Origin: an uncultured Pelagibacteraceae bacterium
Lineage (GTDB): Bacteria > Pseudomonadota > Alphaproteobacteria > Pelagibacterales > Pelagibacteraceae
Assembly (NCBI GenBank): GCA_902539445.1
Contig: CACBIY010000002.1
Location: 104,005 to 168,004, forward strand
DNA length: 64,000 nucleotides
Direction: 5' to 3'
Both the position numbers and the translations under genes were made by a program. Numbering within the stretch: position 1 is the stretch's first letter; each line of letters starts with the position of its first letter. Shown piece after piece: positions 1 through 10,209 of this stretch. Below the pieces are notes generated by a model that worked only from the letters and a program-made list of their open reading frames with translations, searched no databases and was not told the DNA's origin.

Positions 1-64
1 AATTAAGCAGGTTGATGAAAAAACAAGGTCAAAAACTTCTATAAACGACCTCTTAAGAGACTGA
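1..64 (+). CDS. dapD: 3' end of tetrahydrodipicolinate N-succinyltransferase (partial, window edge)
   Basis: Frame from base 2 reads IKQVDEKTRSKTSINDLLRD*, the typical DapD C-terminus; directly upstream of dapE. Confidence 0.85.
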   Translation, partial: IKQVDEKTRSKTSINDLLRD

Positions 65-65
65 A

Positions 66-1224
66 ATGAAAACTTTAAATCAGTTACAATTAGCTAAAGA
101 GCTAATTAGATTTCCTTCAATTACTCCTGTAGATGCAGGTATAATGAAATTTTTAGAAAAAAAATTGAAAAGACTTGGTTTCAAAACAAAAACACTCGAA
201 TTTAAAGAAAGAGGCTTTAAGCCTGTTAAAAATTTATATGCAAGATTCGGAAATAAAAGTCCAAACTTCTGTTATGCAGGTCACCTGGATGTTGTGCCTC
301 CAGGAAATATAAAAGATTGGACAACTAATCCATTCAGACCATCTATTAAGCGAGGTCACTTAATTGGAAGAGGTGCGAATGATATGAAAAGTTCTATTGC
401 AGCTTTTGTTTCTGCTGTAAGCAAGTTTTTATCAAAAAATAAAAAATTTGATGGATCAATTAGTCTGTTGATAACAGGCGACGAGGAGGGTGATGCAGTT
501 AATGGCACAAAAAAAGTTGTAGAGTTTTTGAGAAAAAAAAGAGAGAAGATTAATTTTTGCTTAGTCGGTGAACCAACTAACCCAAATGTTTTGGGTGAAA
601 TGATTAAAATTGGTCGAAGAGGCAGTTTAACTGGTAAATTAATTATATTTGGTTTACAGGGTCATGTTGCATATCCTTCTAGAGCAAATAATCCCTCAAC
701 TACAATTGTTAATATTTTAAAAGAATTAAAGGAAATTAAGTTCGATAAAGGAACTAAAAATTTTCAACCTACAAACTTGGAGGTTACTAAAATAAATATA
801 AACAATACTGCAGATAATGTTATTCCAGCGACAGCTGAAGCAACATTCAACATAAGATTTAATAATAAACATTCCTCAAATTCTCTTAAAAAAAAACTTA
901 ACAAAATTTTTAGAAAAATGACCAAAAAACATAAATCAAAATTTAAAATTGAGTACAGAGTTTCTGGTGAAGCTTTTTTTGACAAAACCTAACAAAACAA
1001 CATTTATGATACAAAATATTATTAAAAAGATAACAAAATTAAAACCAAAATTATCTACAACAGGTGGAACTTCAGACTTAAGATTTATAAGAACCATATG
1101 TCCAGGTCTTGAATTTGGTTTAGTTGGAAAAACTATGCATAAAGTTGATGAGGCAGTATCTCTTAAAGATCTTAAAAATCTTACAAAAATTTATGAAAAT
1201 ATTTTAAAAAATTATTTTAAATGA
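66..1224 (+). CDS. dapE: Succinyl-diaminopimelate desuccinylase (M20), split by a 1-nt frameshift in a T7 run at 974-980
   Basis: GHLDVVP, GRGANDMK, TGDEE and GEPT motifs in ORF 66-992. The C-terminus (GGTSD, EFGL, HKVDE) is in ORF 949-1224. Removing one T restores SGEAFLTKP. Confidence 0.92.
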
Positions 1225-2144
1225 ATACAGCAATTGTAAATTCCGACTCTTATGAAAAACATGACACTGGTGATGGTCATCCTGAACAGCCTAAAAGAGT
1301 AATTGCTATAAAAGAAAAATTAAAAAAAAGAAGTGATCTGATTTGGGAAAAACCAGGTAATGTGCCAGATGATATATTGGCAATGACACATTCAAAAGAA
1401 TATATTGATAATTTAAATAGTTCATTCCCTCAAAAGGGTCTAAAATTTTTAGATGGAGATACTGTAATATCACCAGACAGTAAAAAAGCAGTATTTGATG
1501 CAGCTGGCTCAACAATTAGGGCCATTGATGGAATAGAAAATAAAGAATTTAAGAACGCGTTTTGTTTAGCAAGACCTCCAGGACATCATGCGGAAAAGGA
1601 TAAGGCAATGGGATTTTGTTGTATATCAAACGCTGGGGTAGCCACTAATTACTTAATTAAAAATTATAAATATAAGAGGGTTGCGTGTGTAGATTTTGAT
1701 GTGCACTGGGGAAATGGAAATTATGATGTTATGCGTAATAACAAGAATTCATTATATATTTCAACTCACCAATATCCTTTTTATCCTGGAGGAGGTACAG
1801 ATAAAGATAAGGGTGATTTTAATAACTCTTTAAATATACCTTTACCAGCAGGAACAAACTCAGAAGAATATTTAAATGCATTCAATAGAGTTTTAGATAG
1901 GTTAATTAATTATAAACCTGATTTTCTTATATTCTCGGCAGGTTTTGATGCTCATAAAGATGATCCTCTAGCTCAATTTAAACTTGAAACAAAAGACTTC
2001 TATGAAATTACTAAAAGAACTTTAGCTGCTACCAACGAGTTCACTCAAGGCAAAGTTATCTCTATTCTTGAGGGAGGCTATGATTTAAATGCATTATCTG
2101 AAAGTGCTAATGAACATGTTAACGCACTTGTAGAATTTAATTGA
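1221..2144 (+). CDS. Histone deacetylase family (Zn-dependent HDAC/AcuC/AphA-like) protein
   Basis: GHPE, RPPGHHA, GFC, DFDVHWGNG, SAGFDAH and LEGGY motifs; ATGA overlap with the dapE stop. Confidence 0.92.
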   Translation: MNTAIVNSDSYEKHDTGDGHPEQPKRVIAIKEKLKKRSDLIWEKPGNVPDDILAMTHSKEYIDNLNSSFPQKGLKFLDGDTVISPDSKKAVFDAAGSTIRAIDGIENKEFKNAFCLARPPGHHAEKDKAMGFCCISNAGVATNYLIKNYKYKRVACVDFDVHWGNGNYDVMRNNKNSLYISTHQYPFYPGGGTDKDKGDFNNSLNIPLPAGTNSEEYLNAFNRVLDRLINYKPDFLIFSAGFDAHKDDPLAQFKLETKDFYEITKRTLAATNEFTQGKVISILEGGYDLNALSESANEHVNALVEFN

Positions 2145-2174
2145 TTTAGATTAAGTTAATAATAATTCACTCAT

Positions 2175-2666
2175 ATGAAACTTTATAGAATTAAAAGATC
2201 TAAAATTGATAAGAAAGGAAGAGGTCTTTATGCTACACGTGATATTAAAGAAGGAACAAAAATAATTAATTACGTTGGCAAAATTATTACAAATAAAGAG
2301 GTTGATGAGTCAATTAAGTTTGATAATAAAAAACCCATTTACTTATTCACATTAAATAAAAAATATACTCTCGATGGAGATTTTTCATGGAATATTGCAG
2401 GTCTAGTAAACCATAGTTGCAATAATAACTGCGATTATAATGGCAAAGGTTTAAAAGTATGGATTACAGCAATTCGTGATATTAAAAAAGGAGAGGAGTT
2501 TACTTGTGATTATGGATTTGGTTATGATGAAGACTATAAGCAATTTCCTTGCAAATGCGGTTCAAAAAATTGCTGTGGGTATATTGTAAGAGAAGAGTCT
2601 AGATGGAGAATTAGTAAAAAGTTTGCAATGAGTAACAAAAAAAAATTAATAAATAACTCTCGCTAA
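2175..2666 (+). CDS. SET-domain protein-lysine methyltransferase with post-SET Cys motif
   Basis: GRGLYA, NHSC, DIKKGEEFTCDYG and CKCGSKNCCG motifs. Confidence 0.9.
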   Translation: MKLYRIKRSKIDKKGRGLYATRDIKEGTKIINYVGKIITNKEVDESIKFDNKKPIYLFTLNKKYTLDGDFSWNIAGLVNHSCNNNCDYNGKGLKVWITAIRDIKKGEEFTCDYGFGYDEDYKQFPCKCGSKNCCGYIVREESRWRISKKFAMSNKKKLINNSR

Positions 2667-3386
2667 ATAAAGACCTTCAGGTGGTGCTGGTGGTGCGCAC
2701 AAAATCCTTTTTTTTGAGTTCATAACAAAATTGAATTTTTTTAGAGTCCATTTTTTTTCACCTACATATTTTAAACAACCAACCATTGATCTAACTTGTT
2801 GTTGTAGAAAAGATTGAGATTGAAATTCTATCTCTATTTTACTATTTCTAGATTTTATTTTAACTGATCTCATTGTTTTGATCGGACTTTTAGCTCTACA
2901 GCTTGAGGCTCTGAAAGTAGAAAAATCTTTAGTACCAACTAATTTTTTCGCAGCTTTTTTCATTATCTTTAAATCAAGTTTATTAATAATATGCCATCCT
3001 CTATTTTTATCTATTACTGGTCTACTGGGACGATTAATGATTTTATACTTATATATTCTCATTCTTGCAGAAAATCTTGCGTGAAAATCATTGTTTTTTT
3101 TCTTAATTTTAATAATTGAAATCATTTCCTTATTTAAAAAATAATTCAAAGATTTGACAAATTTACTCAGATTTTCAATTTTTTTTTTACACTCAAAATG
3201 AGCAGATTGTTCAAGTGCATGCACTCCTTTGTCTAGTCTCCCAGCGCCAAACAAAATAATTTTTTCTTTTAATAGTTTAGAAATTCTCTCTTGAATAATG
3301 CCTTGTATAGTTTTACCTTTTGTTTGAATTTGCCAACCTCTAAAATTGGTGCCTACATACTCTATCAATATTTGATATCTAAACAT
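2646..3386 (-). CDS. truA: tRNA pseudouridine(38-40) synthase (start taken at MFRYQILIEY, not the longer ORF start)
   Basis: GWQ, GAGRLDKGVHA, DFSTFR, FLQQQVR and APPEGLYL motifs; follows fmt. Confidence 0.93.
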   Translation of the reverse strand: MFRYQILIEYVGTNFRGWQIQTKGKTIQGIIQERISKLLKEKIILFGAGRLDKGVHALEQSAHFECKKKIENLSKFVKSLNYFLNKEMISIIKIKKKNNDFHARFSARMRIYKYKIINRPSRPVIDKNRGWHIINKLDLKIMKKAAKKLVGTKDFSTFRASSCRAKSPIKTMRSVKIKSRNSKIEIEFQSQSFLQQQVRSMVGCLKYVGEKKWTLKKFNFVMNSKKRILCAPPAPPEGLYLARVIY

Positions 3387-4311
3387 TAGATATAATTGAA
3401 CCTTTTCTAATTTGGGATCCAAGCATAAACTCTCCAATTTTTTGCACCTTTTTCCCCTCTCTCTGTATTTCAAAAACTTTAATAGATTTTTCACCCCCAC
3501 ACGCTATCTCAAGATCATCTGATATAACCTCACCATTTTTACCAATCCCATTTCCAATTTCTGCTTTTAAAATTTTATATCTTTGTCCGTTAAAATTGAA
3601 AAAAGCTCCTGGGGAAGGATATAAGCCATTAATTTTTCCAATTATCTTTAAAGCATCGCTATTCCAGTCTATTTGTCCTTCTTTTTTAGTAATTTTTTTT
3701 GCATAAGTGGCTTTGGAATTATCTTGATCAACAAAGTTTGATTTACCCTCAAAAATTTCATCTACAACATCTAAAATTTTATCCGCTGCTATTAAAGCGA
3801 GTTTTTCTGAGACCTCTTTTGCATTGAGACTTTGATCAAGTTTTATTTTATAAGTGTTACTTACAGGTCCACTATCCAATTCTTCATTAATTTTCATTAT
3901 ACTAATCCCTGTTTCTGTATCTAAATTCATTATAGCTCTCTGAATAGGTGCAGCACCTCTCCATTTTGGGAGTATAGATGCATGAATATTTATAAAACCT
4001 TTTTTTGTTAAACTTAAGAATTCTTTAGGAATTATTTGTCCATAGGCTACAACAATTGCAAGATCAGCCTCCATTTTTTTTAAAAACTCATATTCCTCAG
4101 TGTTGTTTCTCAAGTTCTGTGGAGATCTGAATTCTATATTTAAAGTTTCTGATATACCTTGGACTGGTGATTTATTTATCTTCTGACCTCGGTGGGATTT
4201 TTGGGGTGGTTGTGTATAAACTAAATTTATTGGAAAACCATTTTGATAGAGTGATTTCAATATTGGAACTGCAAACATGGGTGTACCCATAAAAATGATT
4301 TTTTTAGGCAT
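3379..4311 (-). CDS. fmt: Methionyl-tRNA formyltransferase
   Basis: FMGTP, VVAYG and NIHASILPKWRGAAPIQ motifs; def-fmt order. Confidence 0.96.
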   Translation of the reverse strand: MPKKIIFMGTPMFAVPILKSLYQNGFPINLVYTQPPQKSHRGQKINKSPVQGISETLNIEFRSPQNLRNNTEEYEFLKKMEADLAIVVAYGQIIPKEFLSLTKKGFINIHASILPKWRGAAPIQRAIMNLDTETGISIMKINEELDSGPVSNTYKIKLDQSLNAKEVSEKLALIAADKILDVVDEIFEGKSNFVDQDNSKATYAKKITKKEGQIDWNSDALKIIGKINGLYPSPGAFFNFNGQRYKILKAEIGNGIGKNGEVISDDLEIACGGEKSIKVFEIQREGKKVQKIGEFMLGSQIRKGSIISNV

Positions 4312-4313
4312 TT

Positions 4314-4838
4314 CTAAACTAATATTCTGTCAGGATTTTTTTTTGTTTTTGAAATTTTTTTGATGATGATATCTCTTTTTAATTTTGATAAATGGTCAAT
4401 TATCAATTTTCCATCTAAATGATTAATTTCATGTTGTAAACAAGTTGATAAAAGACCGTCACACCTTAAATTTTTTTTTTTCCCATTGATATCAATATAT
4501 TCCACTTCACAAATTTTTGGCCTTTCAATTTCTATAAATGTATCTGGAATTGATAAACAACCCTCCTCATAAATTGAGGTTTCATCACTCACTTTTTTTA
4601 TAACAGGATTTATGAAACTTAAAGGCTCGCTCTTTTCATCTTTATTTGACACATCAATTACTAAAATTCTTTTAAGGATACCTATTTGTACTGCAGCTAA
4701 TCCGATACCTTTCGAAGCGTACATTGTATCAAATAAATCATTAATAAGTTTTTTTTCGTTAGTGCTGACTTTTTCTAATGGTTCGGAGATTTTTTTCAAA
4801 GTTTCATCAGGAACTGTAATTATATCTTTAATGCTCAT
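4314..4838 (-). CDS. def: Peptide deformylase
   Basis: GIGLAAVQIG, EGCLS and QHEINH motifs. Confidence 0.97.
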   Translation of the reverse strand: MSIKDIITVPDETLKKISEPLEKVSTNEKKLINDLFDTMYASKGIGLAAVQIGILKRILVIDVSNKDEKSEPLSFINPVIKKVSDETSIYEEGCLSIPDTFIEIERPKICEVEYIDINGKKKNLRCDGLLSTCLQHEINHLDGKLIIDHLSKLKRDIIIKKISKTKKNPDRILV

Positions 4839-4861
4839 TAGATAAATAGATAAACTAATTT

Positions 4862-6634
4862 TTAAACTTTTAAAGGAAGAACTTTTAATAGAATTTTATT
4901 ACGAATAGAGTCTATGTTTAATTGATTTAGTGCACTTATTATAAAAAATAGGGTATCCTCATCTAAAGTATTCAACTCATCTTGACCAATGACCTCTATA
5001 ATTCTGAGAATTGTTGAAGCAGACTCATTATTATTTACCATGACTTGAATATCTGTTGGCATTTCAGAGCCTAGAATTTTATATAAATTGTCGTATTTCT
5101 TATCAATTTTTATGCCATCTGATTTCAATGACTCAATTAAAATAATATCTTTTTTGGAGATAGAATACTTTTTATCCTTTTTTATTTTTTTGAGAAAATT
5201 ATTGAGATCTTTTTCTGCTTTTGTTTGATTATATTCCCCAATAAAATATTTTATAAGTTTCGATTGATGTAAAAGATCATCATTATACTTTATTTTAGTT
5301 TGTTTTTTTTCATCAGTATTAATATTTTCTAAATAAAAACTAGTATGCTTTGAGGAAACTTGATCTAATTCAATATCTTGTAACAGATCTTTTAGTTTCT
5401 CCTCAAAAGCATTACCAATTTTATCCTTGATGAATGCTTCTTTTAGAAGTTTCATTAACTCTATTTTTTTATTTATGTCAGACTCTAACAATACACTTTG
5501 ATATAAAAGGGCCCTACTCTCAATATTAGCTAAAGATTTGAATACTGTTTTGACATTCAAAAATTGATCAATCGTAAACTGAAATCTTTTGTAAATTTGA
5601 AATAAATCATCTTCAAGATAATTCTTGTTATGAGTAGCATATTCAATTAATTCTATTTTTTCTAATTCATCCAAGTCGATTTCATTAGTTTGGTATAATA
5701 AATTTGAAGCAGCTAAATATTTCCATATTAATGGATTAGTATTTTCTTTTGGTTCAAAAAAAAATTCTGGGTTTGTTTTATGGGCCAAATGAAACTCTAA
5801 GATACTTTTTTCAGATACAGCTTTATCAACTTCATTTGTGTATCCAAAAAGATAATTTAGTTTATTTTCAAAATATTGGTCTTTAAAACCTAATTCTTTT
5901 TTTAAGTCAAAAATTAATTGTGCTTCATCTTTTTTTCCATTGTTTATCAAACAATAGATATTAAATTTTGACAAATAATTATTTTTTATTGGTTCTGAAT
6001 TATTTAAAAAAATCTTACAAGCCTCATCAAGCTTAGACTCAGATAAATATTTATCAACTAAATATTTACTTAGTTTAGGGTGTAAATTTAAAATATCATT
6101 CTTAATTAAATACTCCTCTATGAGCTCTAAGTTATTATGTTTTATTAACCAATCTGATTTGATTTTTAAAAAATCCTTCTCACTAATATTTTTTTTGGGA
6201 TAATAAGCATTAGTTAATAAAACTATGTTCATAAGTTCTGAAGCATCGCTTGATAAGTTTATTTTAGCTAGATTAGAGAAAAGGTATTTTAATTGATCAC
6301 CATTAGAATTCGACCACATATCAATTTTTAATCCAAAATCCTCAGGATCGTAAAGACCTATTATTTTAATTTCTTTGGAATTTAAAGTTTCATCAACTTT
6401 AATTGAATCTGATCTTTTTTTAGTTTGCATATTAAAAACATCAATTTTTTCAGTTTCAAGCTCACTTTCGGTAATAGAAATTAATTCCTTATTCTCAGAA
6501 TTTTCTTGTATTTGTTCTTTATCAATATTCCATATATCTACAGGTTCATTTTCTGAGAAAGAATTGGCTATCGAAAAAGAAAAAATAATTAGAATTGATA
6601 AAAAAGTTTTATTTAACAATTTTAAAATTTTCAT
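4862..6634 (-). CDS. Hypothetical exported protein (590 aa, signal peptide, helical)
   Basis: Long ORF with a basic then hydrophobic N-terminus; no motif recognised. Confidence 0.75.
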   Translation of the reverse strand: MKILKLLNKTFLSILIIFSFSIANSFSENEPVDIWNIDKEQIQENSENKELISITESELETEKIDVFNMQTKKRSDSIKVDETLNSKEIKIIGLYDPEDFGLKIDMWSNSNGDQLKYLFSNLAKINLSSDASELMNIVLLTNAYYPKKNISEKDFLKIKSDWLIKHNNLELIEEYLIKNDILNLHPKLSKYLVDKYLSESKLDEACKIFLNNSEPIKNNYLSKFNIYCLINNGKKDEAQLIFDLKKELGFKDQYFENKLNYLFGYTNEVDKAVSEKSILEFHLAHKTNPEFFFEPKENTNPLIWKYLAASNLLYQTNEIDLDELEKIELIEYATHNKNYLEDDLFQIYKRFQFTIDQFLNVKTVFKSLANIESRALLYQSVLLESDINKKIELMKLLKEAFIKDKIGNAFEEKLKDLLQDIELDQVSSKHTSFYLENINTDEKKQTKIKYNDDLLHQSKLIKYFIGEYNQTKAEKDLNNFLKKIKKDKKYSISKKDIILIESLKSDGIKIDKKYDNLYKILGSEMPTDIQVMVNNNESASTILRIIEVIGQDELNTLDEDTLFFIISALNQLNIDSIRNKILLKVLPLKV

Positions 6635-6788
6635 TAGGTATTATTTTTTCAATTGTTTTTTTTGGTGCTGGGAAGTCCAATTTATTTAAAAGAAAAATTA
6701 TTCCAATAAATACAATTGCAAATAAAAATAATTTTATCAATAATCCAATTATGCTTTTGCTATAACTTGTTTTTCTAGTAAATTGCAT
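6609..6788 (-). CDS. Small single-TM hypothetical protein, 59 aa (not in ORF track)
   Basis: Manual translation MQFTRKTSYSKSIIGLLIKLFLFAIVFIGIIFLLNKLDFPAPKKTIEKIIPNENFKIVK*; fills the gap and overlaps the start of the 590-aa gene. Confidence 0.65.
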   Translation of the reverse strand: MQFTRKTSYSKSIIGLLIKLFLFAIVFIGIIFLLNKLDFPAPKKTIEKIIPNENFKIVK

Positions 6789-6845
6789 ATAGATTTAAAT
6801 AATTTCAAATTAAGACATATTTGTGTTTTTTCAATAAAGAAACTT

Positions 6846-7358
6846 ATGAAATCAAAGGAAAATTTAGTTTTTATCGGAATGATGGGCTCTGGAAAGAGTT
6901 CTATTGGCTCTATGGTATCAAAAAAACTAAATCTTAATTTTTTTGATATTGATCAATTAATTGAAAATGATCAAAAAATGAAAATATCAAAAATCTTTGA
7001 AATTAAAGGAGAAAACTTCTTTAGAGATATTGAAAAAAAAATAACTCTTAATATTTTAAAAAGTAAAAAGGGTGTAGTTGCACTTGGTGGAGGAGGCTTC
7101 ATTAATCGAGTTATCAAAAATGAGGTTCTAGAAAATCACTTATCATTTTGGCTTAATTGGAATATCGATACGTTAGTTAATAGGATAAAAAACAGCAAAA
7201 AAAGACCTTTAGCAGTGAATTCAAGTAAAAATGAACTCATAGAAATCATAAAAAAACGTTCAATTATTTACTCTAAAGCACTATATAAAATAGATTGTGA
7301 GAATTTTACAAAACAACAAATTGCAAAAAAAATCATAGATATTTATGAGTCCAATTAA
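6846..7358 (+). CDS. aroK: Shikimate kinase (start taken at MKSKENL)
   Basis: GMMGSGKS P-loop, GENFFR, ALGGG and RPL motifs; precedes aroB. Confidence 0.93.
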   Translation: MKSKENLVFIGMMGSGKSSIGSMVSKKLNLNFFDIDQLIENDQKMKISKIFEIKGENFFRDIEKKITLNILKSKKGVVALGGGGFINRVIKNEVLENHLSFWLNWNIDTLVNRIKNSKKRPLAVNSSKNELIEIIKKRSIIYSKALYKIDCENFTKQQIAKKIIDIYESN

Positions 7359-8451
7359 ACTGATAGTTAAAACTAATTCAGAAAAATATCCTATCATAAT
7401 TGGGAGAAATTTAATTTCTAATTTATCACAAATATTAAAAAAAAATTCTATCAACTTTAAAAAATGCTTGTTAGTTTTAGACAAAAATATTCCAAAAAGA
7501 TATGTCAAACAAATTTCAAAATCTCTAAAAAGATATGAAACTCAAAAATTTATTTACAATGCAAATGAGAAAAATAAAAACCAGAAAAATGTTAATAAAA
7601 TTCTAGATCTTTTACTTCAAAAGAATTTTTCAAGAGATGACTGTTTAATATCTATTGGGGGAGGCATTACGGGTGATGTAGCAGGTTTTGCTGCAAGTTT
7701 ATTCAAAAGAGGTTTAAAATTTGTTAATATTCCAACAACATTGTTATCACAAGTTGACTCTTCTGTTGGCGGAAAAACAGGCATTAACACATCTCAAGGC
7801 AAGAATTTAATTGGAAGTTTTTATCAACCTAAAATTGTTATCAGTGATGTAGACGTTTTGAGAAGTCTACCATTTAGAGAAGTAGTTTGTGGTTACGCAG
7901 AAATAGTGAAACATGCATTCATTACAAATAAAAAGTTTTATAATTTTCTGGAAAAAAATATTGATGACGTATTAAAACTAAAGTCTCCAACTATTGAAAA
8001 ATCTATTTATGAGAGTTGTAAAGTAAAAAAATCAATAGTTGAAAAAGATGAAAAAGAAAAAAATTTGAGAAAAATTTTGAATTTTGGACATACTTTTGCT
8101 CATGCATATGAGGCAAGTTTAAATTTTTCAAAAAAATTAAATCATGGAGAGGCGGTAATTCTGGGTATGAAATCTGCTTTTGAATTTAGTAAAAATAAAA
8201 AATTGATTACCAATAAAGAATTTGACTCTGCGATTAAACATCTAAATAATAATCATTTTCCAGTTTCTATTAAAAACTATTTTACAATAAAAAAAATTAA
8301 TCAGATCATATCCTTTATGATGAGGGATAAAAAAAATAATTCTAAAAATATTAAGCTTATGTTAATTAAAAAAATTGGAGGTCCAATAATTGAAAAAGAA
8401 ATTTCAGATGTTGCTGTTAAACTTTTTTTAAAAAAGAGATTAATTAATTAA
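7345..8451 (+). CDS. aroB: 3-dehydroquinate synthase
   Basis: GGGITGD, PTTLLSQVDSSVGGKTG, NFGHTFAHA and HGEAV motifs. Confidence 0.96.
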   Translation: MSPIKLIVKTNSEKYPIIIGRNLISNLSQILKKNSINFKKCLLVLDKNIPKRYVKQISKSLKRYETQKFIYNANEKNKNQKNVNKILDLLLQKNFSRDDCLISIGGGITGDVAGFAASLFKRGLKFVNIPTTLLSQVDSSVGGKTGINTSQGKNLIGSFYQPKIVISDVDVLRSLPFREVVCGYAEIVKHAFITNKKFYNFLEKNIDDVLKLKSPTIEKSIYESCKVKKSIVEKDEKEKNLRKILNFGHTFAHAYEASLNFSKKLNHGEAVILGMKSAFEFSKNKKLITNKEFDSAIKHLNNNHFPVSIKNYFTIKKINQIISFMMRDKKNNSKNIKLMLIKKIGGPIIEKEISDVAVKLFLKKRLIN

Positions 8452-8700
8452 AATTTGTAAAGAGTGAATATGATTTTTTAATTCCTCATCTAATATTTTA
8501 TAAACTTTTTTATTACTCTCAACTTTATTTAATTTCTTAAGCTCCTCAGAGTCTATAGTGACCTTTAAATGAAATTTATTACTCTCGTGTCCTGAATGGT
8601 TTTTATGTAAAAATGTTTTATCTTCTATCAAAATATTTTCGATATTAATATTTTTTTTTATTTTTTTTTTTACGTTTGAGATTAATTCATCTATATTCAT
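8440..8700 (-). CDS. BolA family protein
   Basis: 86 aa, H..H..H pattern and C-terminal IHSLQI; divergent from the J-domain/cobST genes. Confidence 0.8.
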   Translation of the reverse strand: MNIDELISNVKKKIKKNINIENILIEDKTFLHKNHSGHESNKFHLKVTIDSEELKKLNKVESNKKVYKILDEELKNHIHSLQILIN

Positions 8701-8716
8701 TTGATATAATTATATC

Positions 8717-9238
8717 ATGAAAAATATCTGTGACTGGAATAATTGCAATGAAATTGGTGAATATAAAGCACCAGTTGAAAAAGATAATAGTAAAAAATTT
8801 AGATTATTATGTTTAAATCATGTCAAAGAATTCAACAAAAATTGGAATTATTTTTCGGGTATGAATGATGATCAAGTAATTGACTTTTTAAAATCAGATA
8901 TGGTTTGGCATAAACCTACGCAAAGTTTTAGTTCTTCAGATAACTTTTTTAAAGTCTTGTGGAGTAATACTTTGAGAGATGATCTTGATAAAGAAAAGTT
9001 AAAAAGCGATTTTAATCATATGGGACAATTTAGATATAATCACAAAGACATTAAAGCATTTGAAATATTGGGTATTTCAGTAGGGTCGAAATGGGAAAAA
9101 ATTTACAATAAATTTAAAATACTTGTTAAAAAATTTCACCCTGATATGAATTCTGGTAATAAAAAATTTGAAGAAAAACTTAAATCAATAACTTTGGCTT
9201 ATACTCAGTTAAAAAATACTTACAGAGAAAAAAATTGA
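8717..9238 (+). CDS. J-domain protein with N-terminal Cys/His motif
   Basis: N-terminal CDWNNC...YKAP...CLNH; C-terminal J domain with KKFHPD. Confidence 0.85.
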   Translation: MKNICDWNNCNEIGEYKAPVEKDNSKKFRLLCLNHVKEFNKNWNYFSGMNDDQVIDFLKSDMVWHKPTQSFSSSDNFFKVLWSNTLRDDLDKEKLKSDFNHMGQFRYNHKDIKAFEILGISVGSKWEKIYNKFKILVKKFHPDMNSGNKKFEEKLKSITLAYTQLKNTYREKN

Positions 9239-10209
9239 CACCAGATTTAAACAACCAACCTGACATAAAACTCTCAATAAAACAGACTTTTGGGATCGAC
9301 TCTAATATGGAGGTCGATGCATTTTCTAAAAAAAGCGAGTACGTGCCAGAAATAGATAAAAATTATAAATTTGATCGTGATACTACTTTAGCGATTATCT
9401 CAGGTTTTGCATTTAATAAAAGAGTTCTTGTTCAGGGTTATCACGGCACAGGAAAATCTACACACATAGAGCAAATTGCTGCAAGATTAAATTGGCCGTG
9501 CATCAGAGTAAACTTAGACAGTCATATAAGTCGTATAGATTTAATAGGTAAGGATGCAATTGTTTTGAAAGATGGAAAGCAAGTTACACAATTTAATGAA
9601 GGAATTTTGCCTTGGTCAATACAAAACCCCGTTGCATTGGTATTCGATGAGTATGACGCAGGAAGACCTGATGTAATGTTTGTTATCCAGAGAGTGCTTG
9701 AAGCAGAAGGTAATTTTACTCTTTTAGATAAAAATAAAGTTATTAAACAAAATAAATTTTTTAGATTATTTGCAACCTCTAATACTGTTGGTTTAGGAGA
9801 TACAACAGGACTTTACCATGGAACTCAACAAATAAATCAAGGACAAATGGATAGATGGAATATTGTTACAACTTTAAACTACCTTAGCCTTGATAAAGAA
9901 ATGGAGATTATTTTAGCGAAAAATAAAGAGTTAAATAATACAAAGGGTAAAGAAAAAGTTTCTAATATGATTAAAGTCGCATCATTAACTAGAAAAGGAT
10001 TTATAGCTGGGGATATATCAACAGTTATGAGTCCGCGAACAGTTTTACACTGGGCTGAAAATGCAGAAATTTTTAAAGATACAGGTTATGCTTTTAGAGT
10101 AACGTTTTTAAATAAGTGCGATGAAATCGAAAAGAATATAATTGCAGAGTATTACCAAAGATGTTTTGGTGAGGAATTACCAGAGTCCTTATTAAATATT
10201 CAAATTTAA
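9235..10209 (+). CDS. cobS: CobS-like AAA+ ATPase
   Basis: Walker A GYHGTGKS, Walker B VFDEYD and [10 protein letters not shown]; TTG start. Confidence 0.9.
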   Translation: MTPDLNNQPDIKLSIKQTFGIDSNMEVDAFSKKSEYVPEIDKNYKFDRDTTLAIISGFAFNKRVLVQGYHGTGKSTHIEQIAARLNWPCIRVNLDSHISRIDLIGKDAIVLKDGKQVTQFNEGILPWSIQNPVALVFDEYDAGRPDVMFVIQRVLEAEGNFTLLDKNKVIKQNKFFRLFATSNTVGLGDTTGLYHGTQQINQGQMDRWNIVTTLNYLSLDKEMEIILAKNKELNNTKGKEKVSNMIKVASLTRKGFIAGDISTVMSPRTVLHWAENAEIFKDTGYAFRVTFLNKCDEIEKNIIAEYYQRCFGEELPESLLNIQI

